DNA from: Planctomycetota bacterium
Lineage (GTDB): Bacteria > Planctomycetota > B15-G4
Assembly: GCA_038212275.1 (NCBI GenBank)
Contig: JBBQUR010000004.1
Span: forward strand, 64,001-128,000
Length of the DNA: 64,000 nt
Reading direction: 5' to 3'
The first letter of the stretch is position 1. The number at the start of each line of letters is the position of its first letter. Position numbers and translations under genes: made by a program. The notes under the pieces were generated by a model. That model did no database searches. It was not told where the DNA came from and worked only from the letters and a program-made list of their open reading frames with translations. Positions 23,247-32,364 of this stretch are shown here, one piece after another.

Positions 23247-24202
23247 GCAAGCCCGGTGCCTCGAGTGCGGTGGATGACGGAGCGCTCGTGGGCGTGATCC
23301 TCGCGGCGGGCAAGGGCACGCGCATCGCGCCATTCTCGGACCGCTATCCGAAGCCGGTGCTGCCGGTCCTCGGCAAGCCGCTCATCCAGCACCAGGTCGA
23401 ATGCCTGCGCGACCTGGGCGTGCGGCGCGTGCTCATCGTCATCGGCCACCTCGGCTACGAAATCGTGCGGGCGCTCGGCGACGGCGGCAGCCTCGGCGTG
23501 CACATCGAATACGTCGACCAGGGGCCGACGCTCGGCATCGCGCACGCCCTCGGCAAGCTCGAGGAGCGCATCGACCGACCCTTCATGCTTTTCCTCGGGG
23601 ACATCTTCTTCCTGAACAGCAATCTGCCCGCGATGGCGGCGCTGCTGGGGCCCGACGACGTGCGCGGCGTCCTGGCCGTGAAGGAAGAACCGTCCGTCGC
23701 CGCCATCCGACGCAACTTCGTGGTCATGGAAGATGCGAAGGGCTTCGTGACCCGCGTCATCGAGAAGCCGCAGCATCCGCGCACGCGCCTCAAGGGCTGC
23801 GGGCTCTACCTCTTCGACCCCGTCTTCTTCGACGCCGTGCGCCGCACGCCACGCACCGCGCTGCGCGACGAGTACGAGATCACCGACGCGATCCAGATCT
23901 TCCTCGACGACGGCAACCGCGTGAAGGCGGCCCACGTGATCGAGGACGACCTGAACCTCAGCTATCCTCCCGACCTGCTCGACGTCAACCTCAAGGTGCT
24001 CGGCGCCCGCGAGCACGTCGGGCGCGACGTGCGCCTCGCGAAGGGCTGCCGCATCGAGCACAGCGTGCTCATGGACGGTGTCACGGTCGAGCAGCCGATC
24101 ACCATCCGCCAGTGCCTCATCTTCCCGGGCGTGACGATCACCGGGAGCGCGGATCTCGAGCGACGCATCGTGACCGCCGACCACGTGATCGATTGCCGCT
24201 AG
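23243..24202 (+). CDS. Sugar-1-phosphate nucleotidyltransferase
   Basis: GVILAAGKGTR...PKPVLPV, EKP, EYEITDAI. Confidence 0.9.
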   Translation: MSKPGASSAVDDGALVGVILAAGKGTRIAPFSDRYPKPVLPVLGKPLIQHQVECLRDLGVRRVLIVIGHLGYEIVRALGDGGSLGVHIEYVDQGPTLGIAHALGKLEERIDRPFMLFLGDIFFLNSNLPAMAALLGPDDVRGVLAVKEEPSVAAIRRNFVVMEDAKGFVTRVIEKPQHPRTRLKGCGLYLFDPVFFDAVRRTPRTALRDEYEITDAIQIFLDDGNRVKAAHVIEDDLNLSYPPDLLDVNLKVLGAREHVGRDVRLAKGCRIEHSVLMDGVTVEQPITIRQCLIFPGVTITGSADLERRIVTADHVIDCR

Positions 24203-24215
24203 GCGGGGATTCCAG

Positions 24216-25172
24216 ATGACGGCAGCACAGCCGATCAAGCGCGCCCTGATCACGGGCGGCGCCGGTTTCATCGGACACCACATCGCGCACGCCCTCGTGC
24301 GGCGCGGCGTGGAGGTCACGGTCCTCGACAACCTGTCGATGGGCAGGCGCGAGAACGTGCCGCAGGGTGCCCGCCTGATCGAGGGCGACGTGCGCGACGC
24401 CGAACAGGTCACCGTCGCGATGCAGGGCGTGGACGTCGTGCTGCACGAGGCCGCGATCGTCTCGATCCGCGCGTCGGTCGAGGGCTTCGTGCGCGACGCG
24501 GACGTGAACCTGCTCGGCACGCTCAACGTGCTGCAGTGCATGGCCGATAGCGGCGTGAAGCGCGCGCTCTTCGCGTCCTCGATGGCCGTGTACGCCGACC
24601 GTGCGCAGCCCGAGCCGCTGCGCGAGGACGCGCCCGTCGCGCCGATCTCCCCGTACGGCATCGCCAAGCTGGCCGGCGAGCAGTACTGGTTGATGATGTG
24701 CCGGCACTTCGGCATCTCGGGGACGGTGCTGCGCTACTTCAACACCTATGGCCCCAACCAGACGCCGACGCCCTATGTCGGCGTCATCACGATCTTCATC
24801 AACAAGCTGCTTCGAGGCGAAGTGCCCGTGATCTACGGTGACGGCGAGCAGCGCCGTGACTTCGTGCACGTCAGCGACATCGTGGCCGCCAACCTGGCCG
24901 TGCTCGACGCGCCGCCCGAGGCGACCTCCGGCCGCGTCTTCAACGTGGGGACCGGGCATGCGACGTCGGTGAACGACATCGCGCGCGAACTCGTGGCCGT
25001 ACTGGCTCCGGGTCGCGAGCCGCGCCGTGCGCCGGCGCAGGAGGGCGAAATGCGCAACGCCATTGCAGACATTTCGGCGATCCGCTCGGCCCTGGGCTGG
25101 GAGCCGCAGCGGCGCCGCGTCAGCTTCGTCGATGTCGTGGAGTGGTGGCGAGCGCAGGGCGTCGCGCGCTGA
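24216..25172 (+). CDS. NAD-dependent epimerase/dehydratase
   Basis: TGGAGFIG, YGIAK, RYFNTYGP, RDFVHVSD. Confidence 0.92.
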   Translation: MTAAQPIKRALITGGAGFIGHHIAHALVRRGVEVTVLDNLSMGRRENVPQGARLIEGDVRDAEQVTVAMQGVDVVLHEAAIVSIRASVEGFVRDADVNLLGTLNVLQCMADSGVKRALFASSMAVYADRAQPEPLREDAPVAPISPYGIAKLAGEQYWLMMCRHFGISGTVLRYFNTYGPNQTPTPYVGVITIFINKLLRGEVPVIYGDGEQRRDFVHVSDIVAANLAVLDAPPEATSGRVFNVGTGHATSVNDIARELVAVLAPGREPRRAPAQEGEMRNAIADISAIRSALGWEPQRRRVSFVDVVEWWRAQGVAR

Positions 25173-25187
25173 TCGGGGGCGCGGACC

Positions 25188-26549
25188 GTGATGTCACCTG
25201 CAGTGGACACGATCGTCGCGGCGATCACGCCTCCCGGCTTCGCGGAGCGCGCCGCGGTGCGCCTGTCGGGACCGGCCGCGTTCGACCTGGCTCGCACCGT
25301 GTTCGAGGTGCCCGCGGAGCTGAAGCCCGGGCGCGCCGCGCAGGCCATCTGGCGTCCGCTGCCGCTGCTCGCGCTGCCCGTGACGCTGCTGCCCTTCCGG
25401 GCGCCGCACTCCTACACGGGCGAGGACGTGATCGAGATTCACCTCAAGGGATGGCCGGTCGTGGTGGCCACGCTCATCACGCGCCTCGTGGCGGCCGGCG
25501 CGCGGCCGGCCGCCCGCGGCGAGTTCAGCCGGCGCGCGCTGGTGACGGGGCGCGTGACCGCCGCCCAGACGGTGGCCCTCGCGCGGCTCCTGGCCTCGCG
25601 CACCGCCGAGGAGGCGGCCGCCGCGGCGAGCGCGCTCACCGGGGCGCCCGCCGAGCGCCGCTCGCTCCTGCGCGACACCCTGCTCGACACGCTCGCGCGG
25701 CTCGAGGCGCACGTCGACTTCGAGGAGGATGACACCGAGGCCGTGAGCGAGACCGAGCTGCGCGCGGGCGTCGAGCGCGCCGTCGAGATCGCGCGCGAGG
25801 CCGTGGTCGTGGCCGGGCGCACGGCGCGCCTCGACGGCGAGTCCGACGTGGTGCTGCTTGGCGCGCCGAATGCCGGCAAGTCGCAGCTCTTCCTCGCGCT
25901 TTGTCCCGGTGCCAGCACGACCGTGTCGCCCGTCGCGGGCACGACGCGCGACGCGCTCGAGGCGCGCGTCGTGCGTGGCGGCCGTCACTGGCGCGTGCTG
26001 GACGGCCCGGGCGTCGACACCGGCGAGTTTCCGCTCACGCCGCTCGACCGCCGCGCGAGCGAGGCCTGGATCGCACAGCTGCCGACGCTCGCCGTGGTGC
26101 TGCTCGTGGAGGATGTCGCGGCCACGCCGCGAGCCGAGACACGTGCACGCCTCCTGGCGGCCGCGGGAGCCAGGCCGCTCGTGCCCGTGTTCTCCAAGTG
26201 CGACCTGATCGAAGCCGGGGAGGCCAGCCGCCGCGCGGAGTCCGCCGGGGCGTGCGCCGTCTCGGCGCAGGAGCACACGGGCCTGGACGGACTCTGGGCT
26301 GCGGTGGCGCGGGTGGCGCCTGCGCCCCTCGCTCCGGACCTCGCGGCCGAGCGCGAAGCGCGTGCAGCGGCCACGCTGCTCCCGCTGCTGGAGCAGACCC
26401 TGTCGGCGCCGCTGACCGGGGCGCTGCCCCTCGTCGCTCTGGCGCTGCGCGACGCGCTGGCCGAGCTCGACGACACCCTCGACGAGGGGCGCGACCTCAC
26501 GGAGGAAGTGCTCGATCGCATCTTCGCGAGCTTCTGCATCGGCAAGTAG
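25188..26549 (+). CDS. mnmE: tRNA modification GTPase MnmE (divergent)
   Basis: DTIVAAITP, PHSYTGEDVIE, GEFSRRA, GAPNAGKS, GTTRD, C-terminal FCIGK. Confidence 0.9.
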   Translation: MMSPAVDTIVAAITPPGFAERAAVRLSGPAAFDLARTVFEVPAELKPGRAAQAIWRPLPLLALPVTLLPFRAPHSYTGEDVIEIHLKGWPVVVATLITRLVAAGARPAARGEFSRRALVTGRVTAAQTVALARLLASRTAEEAAAAASALTGAPAERRSLLRDTLLDTLARLEAHVDFEEDDTEAVSETELRAGVERAVEIAREAVVVAGRTARLDGESDVVLLGAPNAGKSQLFLALCPGASTTVSPVAGTTRDALEARVVRGGRHWRVLDGPGVDTGEFPLTPLDRRASEAWIAQLPTLAVVLLVEDVAATPRAETRARLLAAAGARPLVPVFSKCDLIEAGEASRRAESAGACAVSAQEHTGLDGLWAAVARVAPAPLAPDLAAEREARAAATLLPLLEQTLSAPLTGALPLVALALRDALAELDDTLDEGRDLTEEVLDRIFASFCIGK

Positions 26550-26596
26550 CTGCACGCGCGAACTGCGTGACATGCAGGCTAGACTCTGCTGTGCCC

Positions 26597-28624
26597 ATGG
26601 AAGAGTCCGGCGAAAAGACCGAGCTGCCTGTCGTGCTGCGCGAGATCACGCGTGTCATCGCGGCCGGCGAGCGCATCGACACGCAGGAGTATCTGCAGCG
26701 CTATCCGGCCATCGCCCCGGAGCTCAAGCAGTTCTTCGCCACGCGCACTGCCGACGGCGGGCAGCCGCTGGGTCTCGTGCCGGGTGCGGTGCTGGACGAC
26801 TATCGCATCGTGCGCCCGATCGGCCGCGGCGGCATGGGAGTCGTGTACGAGGCGGAACAGCTCTCGCTGGGTCGCCGCGTCGCGCTGAAGGTCATGCCGC
26901 CGGGCGCCCTGCGCACGAAGATGGCCATGGACCGATTCCGGCGCGAGGCCATGGCCGTGGCGCGCCTCTCGCATCCGCGCATCGTCGCGGTGCACGGCTT
27001 CAATGAAGCGGGCGGGGTCGCCTACCTGGCGATGGAGCTCGTGGAAGGTCTCGATCTGGCGGAGATCATCGACCGCCTGCGCACGGCGCGCACGCACGGC
27101 CGGCGCTTCGTGCGCATCTCGGGACCCGGCCTCGATCAGGACATCACGGCGTGGGCGAAAGGCCGCAAACTCATCGGCACGCTGCCGGATGATCCGCGCA
27201 TCGAGGACGGCATCGTCATCGACCTGCGCAACTACGCGCCGATGGCGGCTGCCCTCGCGGCCGATGCCGCGGATGCGCTGCGGCACGCGCACGCGCACGG
27301 CGTCATCCACCGCGACATCAAGCCGAGCAACCTGCTGCTTGCCCGCGACGGCCATATCAAGCTGTCGGACTTCGGGCTGGCCAAGGGCGCCGGCGACGGC
27401 TTGGTCACCGCGACGGGAGACTTCGTCGGCTCGCCCGCCTACGTGAGCCCGGAACAGGCCCAGACGCGCCGCGCCAAGGTGGACGAGCGCAGCGACATCT
27501 ACAGCCTGGGCGTCACGCTGTACGAACTGCTCACGCTGCACCAGCCCTTCGCGGGCAAGGACGTCGCCGTGACGCTGCGGCAGATCCTGACCAAGGACCC
27601 GCCGCCTCCGAGCAAGCTCGACCCGCGCCTGCCGCGCGACATCGAGACCATCGTCATGAAGGCGATCGAGAAGGAACCCGCGCGGCGTTACCAGACCGCG
27701 GAGGAGTTCGGCGACGACCTGCGCCGCTTCCTCAATTTCGAGGCGATCGTCGCGCGGCCGCCGTCGGCGGTGTCCCGCGTGGTGCGCAGCATCCGGCGCC
27801 GGCGCGTCGGCATGGCGCTGGGCGCGATGGCGCTCGCGATCGTCGTGCTGACCGTGATGCTGGCGCAGGGCATCTGGCGTTCCGACCGGCGCGGCGAGAG
27901 CGTCGTGCGCGACCTGTCCGAGCAGCTTGCCCGCCGCGGCAGCGACCCGGTGGCGACAGGCGTGCTCGATCTCGTGCAGGAGCTGAGCCAGGACCTGCCG
28001 CGTGCCGAGCGGCGCCAGCGCATCGAGGCGCTCTCGTCCGATGCCAGCGCCCTGCTGCAGGCCGGCGACTACGAACGCGTGGACAGTCTGCTCGCGCAGC
28101 TCGACGCGAAAGCCGCGCTGGGGAACTGGGACGCTCTCGACCGCCAGCTGCTCGAGGCGAGCCAGCGGCAACTCAAGATCGAGCTCGTGCGGCGACTCGG
28201 CGAGGACCTGGCCGGCCCGCGCGATGTGCCGCTGGCCACGCGCCAGTGGCGCGGCTGGCTCAGCGTTCTGGAGCGCCGGCTGCAGGACCCCGACAGCCTG
28301 GTGTGCCTCAACGCCGCCGTCGCGCTCACCCGCATCGGCGCCTCGTCGTCGGCCGCCGCGCTCTATGACGCGCTCACGCGCCGCACGGACGTGGAGGGCC
28401 GCATCGCGATCATCGAGGCGCTCGGCCTGGTCGACAATCCGACCGCGATCCGACTGCTCGCCGAGGAGGCGCACGCGGACAGCGTCTGGGTGCGTGTCGC
28501 GGCGCTCGATGCCCTCGCCGCGCATCGGCTGCCGAACCTCGCGGAACTGGCCGGACATCTCAAGGACGATCCCGAGGCGTGGCTCGCGCACCGGGCTCAG
28601 GCGCTCATGCCGGTGCCGCCGTGA
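26597..28624 (+). CDS. Membrane Ser/Thr protein kinase with C-terminal HEAT-like repeats
   Basis: IGRGGMGVVY, VALK, HRDIKPSN, DFGLA, YVSPEQ, SDIYSLG; TM after RRRR; HEAT-like C-terminus. Confidence 0.92.
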   Translation: MEESGEKTELPVVLREITRVIAAGERIDTQEYLQRYPAIAPELKQFFATRTADGGQPLGLVPGAVLDDYRIVRPIGRGGMGVVYEAEQLSLGRRVALKVMPPGALRTKMAMDRFRREAMAVARLSHPRIVAVHGFNEAGGVAYLAMELVEGLDLAEIIDRLRTARTHGRRFVRISGPGLDQDITAWAKGRKLIGTLPDDPRIEDGIVIDLRNYAPMAAALAADAADALRHAHAHGVIHRDIKPSNLLLARDGHIKLSDFGLAKGAGDGLVTATGDFVGSPAYVSPEQAQTRRAKVDERSDIYSLGVTLYELLTLHQPFAGKDVAVTLRQILTKDPPPPSKLDPRLPRDIETIVMKAIEKEPARRYQTAEEFGDDLRRFLNFEAIVARPPSAVSRVVRSIRRRRVGMALGAMALAIVVLTVMLAQGIWRSDRRGESVVRDLSEQLARRGSDPVATGVLDLVQELSQDLPRAERRQRIEALSSDASALLQAGDYERVDSLLAQLDAKAALGNWDALDRQLLEASQRQLKIELVRRLGEDLAGPRDVPLATRQWRGWLSVLERRLQDPDSLVCLNAAVALTRIGASSSAAALYDALTRRTDVEGRIAIIEALGLVDNPTAIRLLAEEAHADSVWVRVAALDALAAHRLPNLAELAGHLKDDPEAWLAHRAQALMPVPP

Positions 28625-29748
28625 GGGCCTCGCTCCGCTTCCGCCTCTGGTGCGCGGCCCTGCCCGCGCTGATCGCCGCGTTCGCGCCGATGTCCGGCTG
28701 CAGCAAGCCGCCGCACTCCATCGGAGTCATCCTGCCACTGGAGGGCGCGCTCAAGCAGCAAGGTCACGAGCTGCAGGCGGGCATCGACATGGCGCTGTCG
28801 GAAGTGCCGCCCGAACGTCGGCCGCACGTGCTCGTCATGGACAACGGCGGCTCTCCGCAGGCCACCTCAGCGGCCGTGGATGCCCTGGTGCGGCAGGGCG
28901 CCACGGTGATCATAGGCCCGCTGACGACCGACAACGTCGCCGTGGCGACGCTGGCCGGACGCTTCCTCGGCGTGAGCTGCGTGGCCCCGGCGGCCACCGG
29001 CAGCCGGCTCATCGAGCCCGCCATGGGAACGCTGCGTCTCTGCTTCGGCGACGACGACGCGGGGGCCGCGCTGGCCCGCTATGCGCGCGACACGCTGCGC
29101 CTGGAACAGATGGCCGTCGTCATCGACCTCGCGTCGACGTACTCGGTGGGTCTGGCCACGGCGTTCAGTCAGGAATTCCTGCGGCGCGGCGGCAGCATCG
29201 CGGGGCGTTTCTATTTTCACGGCGGCGCCGCCGATGCCGATGTGGTGCTGGATTCGGTCGCCGCACTCGAGCCCGACGGCGTGCTGCTGGCGGCGTACTC
29301 GCCGGACGTGGTGCGCATGGTCAACGCGGCGCACGATCCGCGCGTGGCCGAGCTCATCCTCCTGGGTGGCGATGGCTGGAGCGGCTCCGGCGTGCGCGAG
29401 GCGCTCGAGGGCCGCGTGCGCGGCGCCTATCGCACGCGGCACTTCGATCCGGACAGCCACGACCCGCTCATCGAGGCCTTCGTCGCACGCTTCCGGGCGA
29501 CGGCCCACGAGGAGCCGACGGACCTGGTGGCACTCGGCTACGATGCGGCCCGCGCCGTGGTGGGCGTCTTCGATCCCGCGCTGGATGGCCCGGCCATGCG
29601 CACCCGGTTGCTCGGCCTCGCCGGCCAGCCAGGGGTCACCGGCGAGGTGACGCTTGATGGCCGCGGGGCGGCCAGCGACAAGCCCGTCCTGCTCGAAGTG
29701 CTGCACGATCCGAGGCAGCCCGGGGGCCTCGGGCGCATCGATCGCTGA
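28621..29748 (+). CDS. LivK/LivJ-like type I periplasmic binding-fold lipoprotein
   Basis: MSGC lipobox, IGVILPLEG, IIGPL, GGDGW, ALGYDAA. GTGA overlap with the kinase gene. Confidence 0.8.
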   Translation: MRASLRFRLWCAALPALIAAFAPMSGCSKPPHSIGVILPLEGALKQQGHELQAGIDMALSEVPPERRPHVLVMDNGGSPQATSAAVDALVRQGATVIIGPLTTDNVAVATLAGRFLGVSCVAPAATGSRLIEPAMGTLRLCFGDDDAGAALARYARDTLRLEQMAVVIDLASTYSVGLATAFSQEFLRRGGSIAGRFYFHGGAADADVVLDSVAALEPDGVLLAAYSPDVVRMVNAAHDPRVAELILLGGDGWSGSGVREALEGRVRGAYRTRHFDPDSHDPLIEAFVARFRATAHEEPTDLVALGYDAARAVVGVFDPALDGPAMRTRLLGLAGQPGVTGEVTLDGRGAASDKPVLLEVLHDPRQPGGLGRIDR

Positions 29749-29756
29749 AACAGTAC

Positions 29757-29802
29757 GGCCTGCATTTGGTGGCCGGCGGGTATGGAAACACCATCCCTTG
29801 TG
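29757..29802 (+). promoter_or_regulatory. Tandem NrdR-box-like sites
   Basis: GGCCTGCATTTGGTG (29757-29771) and ACACCATCCCTTGTG (29788-29802) versus consensus acaCwAtATaTwGtg; starts are 31 bp apart, directly upstream of nrdR. Confidence 0.6.
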
Positions 29803-29894
29803 GGATACTCCCCGAGCCGCGCAGGCAGCGCGCGGCGGTTCATCACAAGCCATGACCCGCGGCGGCGGGGGTGGCCCCAGGGAGGTTCAGCGCA

Positions 29895-30371
29895 TTGCGC
29901 TGTCCATACTGCAAGGCGAACAACGACCGGGTCATGGACTCACGCACCTCGGGCGAGGCAGACGTGATCCGGCGCCGCCGGGAGTGCCTGGAGTGCAAGG
30001 GCCGCTTCACGACCTACGAGAAAGTGGGCGAGATGCCGCTGCGCGTCGTGAAGAAGGACGGCACACGCGTGCCCTTCGACCGCGACAAGATCCTCCACGG
30101 CATGCTGGCCGCCTGCGAGAAGCGCCCGGTCTCCACCGAGACCCTCGAACGGATCGTGTCCAACATCGAGAGCCAGCTGCACGAGATGTTCGACAAGGAA
30201 GTGGCGAGCAAGTACATCGGCCACCTCGTCATGGAGGCCCTGCGCGAACTGGATCAGGTGGCGTACGTGCGCTTCGCCTCGGTCTACCGCGAGTTCAAGG
30301 ACGTCAACCAGTTCCTCGACGAACTCAAACCCCTGCTGGGAGGGGCGGGCCATGGTGCGCCGGAGTCCTGA
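29895..30371 (+). CDS. nrdR: Transcriptional repressor NrdR
   Basis: TTG start after GGAGG; (M)RCPYC...DSR...IRRRRECLECKGRFTTYE, ATP cone, DQVAYVRFASVY. Confidence 0.97.
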   Translation: MRCPYCKANNDRVMDSRTSGEADVIRRRRECLECKGRFTTYEKVGEMPLRVVKKDGTRVPFDRDKILHGMLAACEKRPVSTETLERIVSNIESQLHEMFDKEVASKYIGHLVMEALRELDQVAYVRFASVYREFKDVNQFLDELKPLLGGAGHGAPES

Positions 30372-32364
30372 CAACGAGGCGCGCCTCGTGGTGCGCAAGC
30401 GCGACGGGCGCCAGGTGCCCTTCGACCCCGAGCGCCTGCTGCAGTCGATGCAGCGCGCCCTCGCGGCGACGGGGCGCTTCGAGCCGTCGCTCGCTGCAGA
30501 CCTGCGAGGAGTCATCGAGACCTACCTCGCGGACCAGGCGCGCCAGAACCACGCAGGCCGCGTGGGGCTCGTGACAGCGGACGCGATTGCCGAGCTGGCG
30601 CAGGAGGTGCTGCGCGGCGCGGGCTGTGAACCCGCGGCGCAGGTCTATCGCGCCGCGCGCGACGAACGAGCGCGGGCCCGCGGCCTGCTGCGCATTCGCG
30701 CGACGGCGGCGCACGATCCCGTCCGGGCCATTCCGCCGGGTCTGCTCGGCGGTCCGTCCGGCGCTGGCGACGCGAGCGATGAAGATGCCGACACCGGCGG
30801 CGTGGTCGCGCCCGCTCGCGAGTTTCGCGGCGGCGGCGATGTCCGCTGCGAAGATTCCGAGGCCTGGAGCAAGGGCCGCGTCGCCGCGCTGCTGGCCCAG
30901 GCGACGGACCTCGCGCCCGGCGTCGTGGACGCCGTCGCCGCCGAGGTCGAGCGCGGGCTCTTCGCGTCCGGCCTGCGCAGCATCGGCGCAGCCCTGCTGC
31001 GCGAATGGGTCGACAACGAACTCGTGCTGCGCGGGCATCCGCCGCGGCTCGGCAAGCACCGCTTCGTCGGGCTCGCGCCGCACGAACTGCGCGGCATCCT
31101 TGCCGACGGCGCGGCTGTCCGATCCGCCGAGACCGAGGTCAGCCGCCGGCTGTTCACGCGCTATGCGCTGGCCGAGGTCTTTCCGTCCGATGCGTGCCGG
31201 GCGCACGAGCAGGGGCTCATCGGGCTGGAGAACCTCGGCTCCTGCGGGCGCCTCGACAGCGTCACGCTGGCGCCGTGGCACGCGCCGGCTTTCGCGGGCG
31301 TGGCCGATCCGCGCGAACGCCTTGCCGCCCTCGGGCCGCAGCTGCGCACGCTGGCCAACCTGCTCTCGCGCGAGGTCCTGCTCGACTGGGATGGCCCGGC
31401 GCTGGGGAGCCTGGCGCTCTCCGATCTGCTGCTGCACCTTGCGGAGGTGGCGCCGGTGCATGCCGGGGGCGCGCGCATCGTGTTCTGCATCCGGCCCGAA
31501 CACGCCGGGAGCGCGGAGGCCTTCCTGGATGCACTGTCCATCCTGCGGCGCGGGACGTTGCCGCGGCCGGCGTTGCTGCCGTGCGTGCGCCTTCCGGTGG
31601 CCGCACTGTCCGCCGACCTGCTGGCGCAGGCTGTCGCCGCCGAGGCCGTCGATGATCGGCTGCAGTTCGCCGCGACCGCGCCGCCGCACGGTGTCGTGAG
31701 CGCCTCGGTGGCCGTCAATGTGGCGCGCCTCGCGCTGGGCTGTGGCCCGCGACGCGTCCACGAGTTCCTGGCAGGCCTCGAGGCCGCCACGGACCTGGCG
31801 CTCGGCGCGCTGGCCGCCCAGGACGCGCTCATGGGGGACGGCGATGCGCCGGCCCAGCTCCTGCTTCGTGCGACGGGCCTGTCGGCCGCGCAACTGCCCC
31901 GTCGGCGCCGACTCGCGTTGGCCGGCGTGAACGAGGCGGCGCAACTCCTGCTGGGAGACGGGCCTCGCGGCCGGGCCAATCGCATCGACCTGGCCGCGGC
32001 CATCGGTGAGCGCCTGCGCCGAAGGCTCACCGACCGTGAGCCGCTCGTGCGACTCGGCCGGGCCACGCGCGCCAGCTGCGACCGCTTCGGCAGACTCGAT
32101 CTGCAGGCGTTTCCGGGCGGTCGCGAGCTGCTGAAGCTGACCGCCGACCGCGACGGATATCGCTACGACGCGGCTCAGGGGCTGGCGCCGGGCGCCGATG
32201 GCGCCGAAGCTGGGCGCGAAGCCGGCCGCTTCTGGCAGTGCCTCGGCCTTGACACCGAGGTGTTCGTGCCGCGCTGCACGGGCGGCACCAACCAGCGTCT
32301 CGCCTACCTGCCTGCCTTCCACTCGGTCACGAACCCCGTCCCGGACCTGAATCCATGCGGTTGA
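30352..32364 (+). CDS. Two-ATP-cone protein homologous to class III ribonucleotide reductase NrdD, apparently lacking catalytic elements
   Basis: VRKRDGRQVPFD cone; second cone WSKGRV...LLREWVDNEL; RYALAEVF...AHEQGLIGLENLG; VAVNVARLA; LAGVNEA; RFGRLD. No C-terminal CxxC/CxxC or RxxGY. Confidence 0.75.
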   Translation: MVRRSPDNEARLVVRKRDGRQVPFDPERLLQSMQRALAATGRFEPSLAADLRGVIETYLADQARQNHAGRVGLVTADAIAELAQEVLRGAGCEPAAQVYRAARDERARARGLLRIRATAAHDPVRAIPPGLLGGPSGAGDASDEDADTGGVVAPAREFRGGGDVRCEDSEAWSKGRVAALLAQATDLAPGVVDAVAAEVERGLFASGLRSIGAALLREWVDNELVLRGHPPRLGKHRFVGLAPHELRGILADGAAVRSAETEVSRRLFTRYALAEVFPSDACRAHEQGLIGLENLGSCGRLDSVTLAPWHAPAFAGVADPRERLAALGPQLRTLANLLSREVLLDWDGPALGSLALSDLLLHLAEVAPVHAGGARIVFCIRPEHAGSAEAFLDALSILRRGTLPRPALLPCVRLPVAALSADLLAQAVAAEAVDDRLQFAATAPPHGVVSASVAVNVARLALGCGPRRVHEFLAGLEAATDLALGALAAQDALMGDGDAPAQLLLRATGLSAAQLPRRRRLALAGVNEAAQLLLGDGPRGRANRIDLAAAIGERLRRRLTDREPLVRLGRATRASCDRFGRLDLQAFPGGRELLKLTADRDGYRYDAAQGLAPGADGAEAGREAGRFWQCLGLDTEVFVPRCTGGTNQRLAYLPAFHSVTNPVPDLNPCG

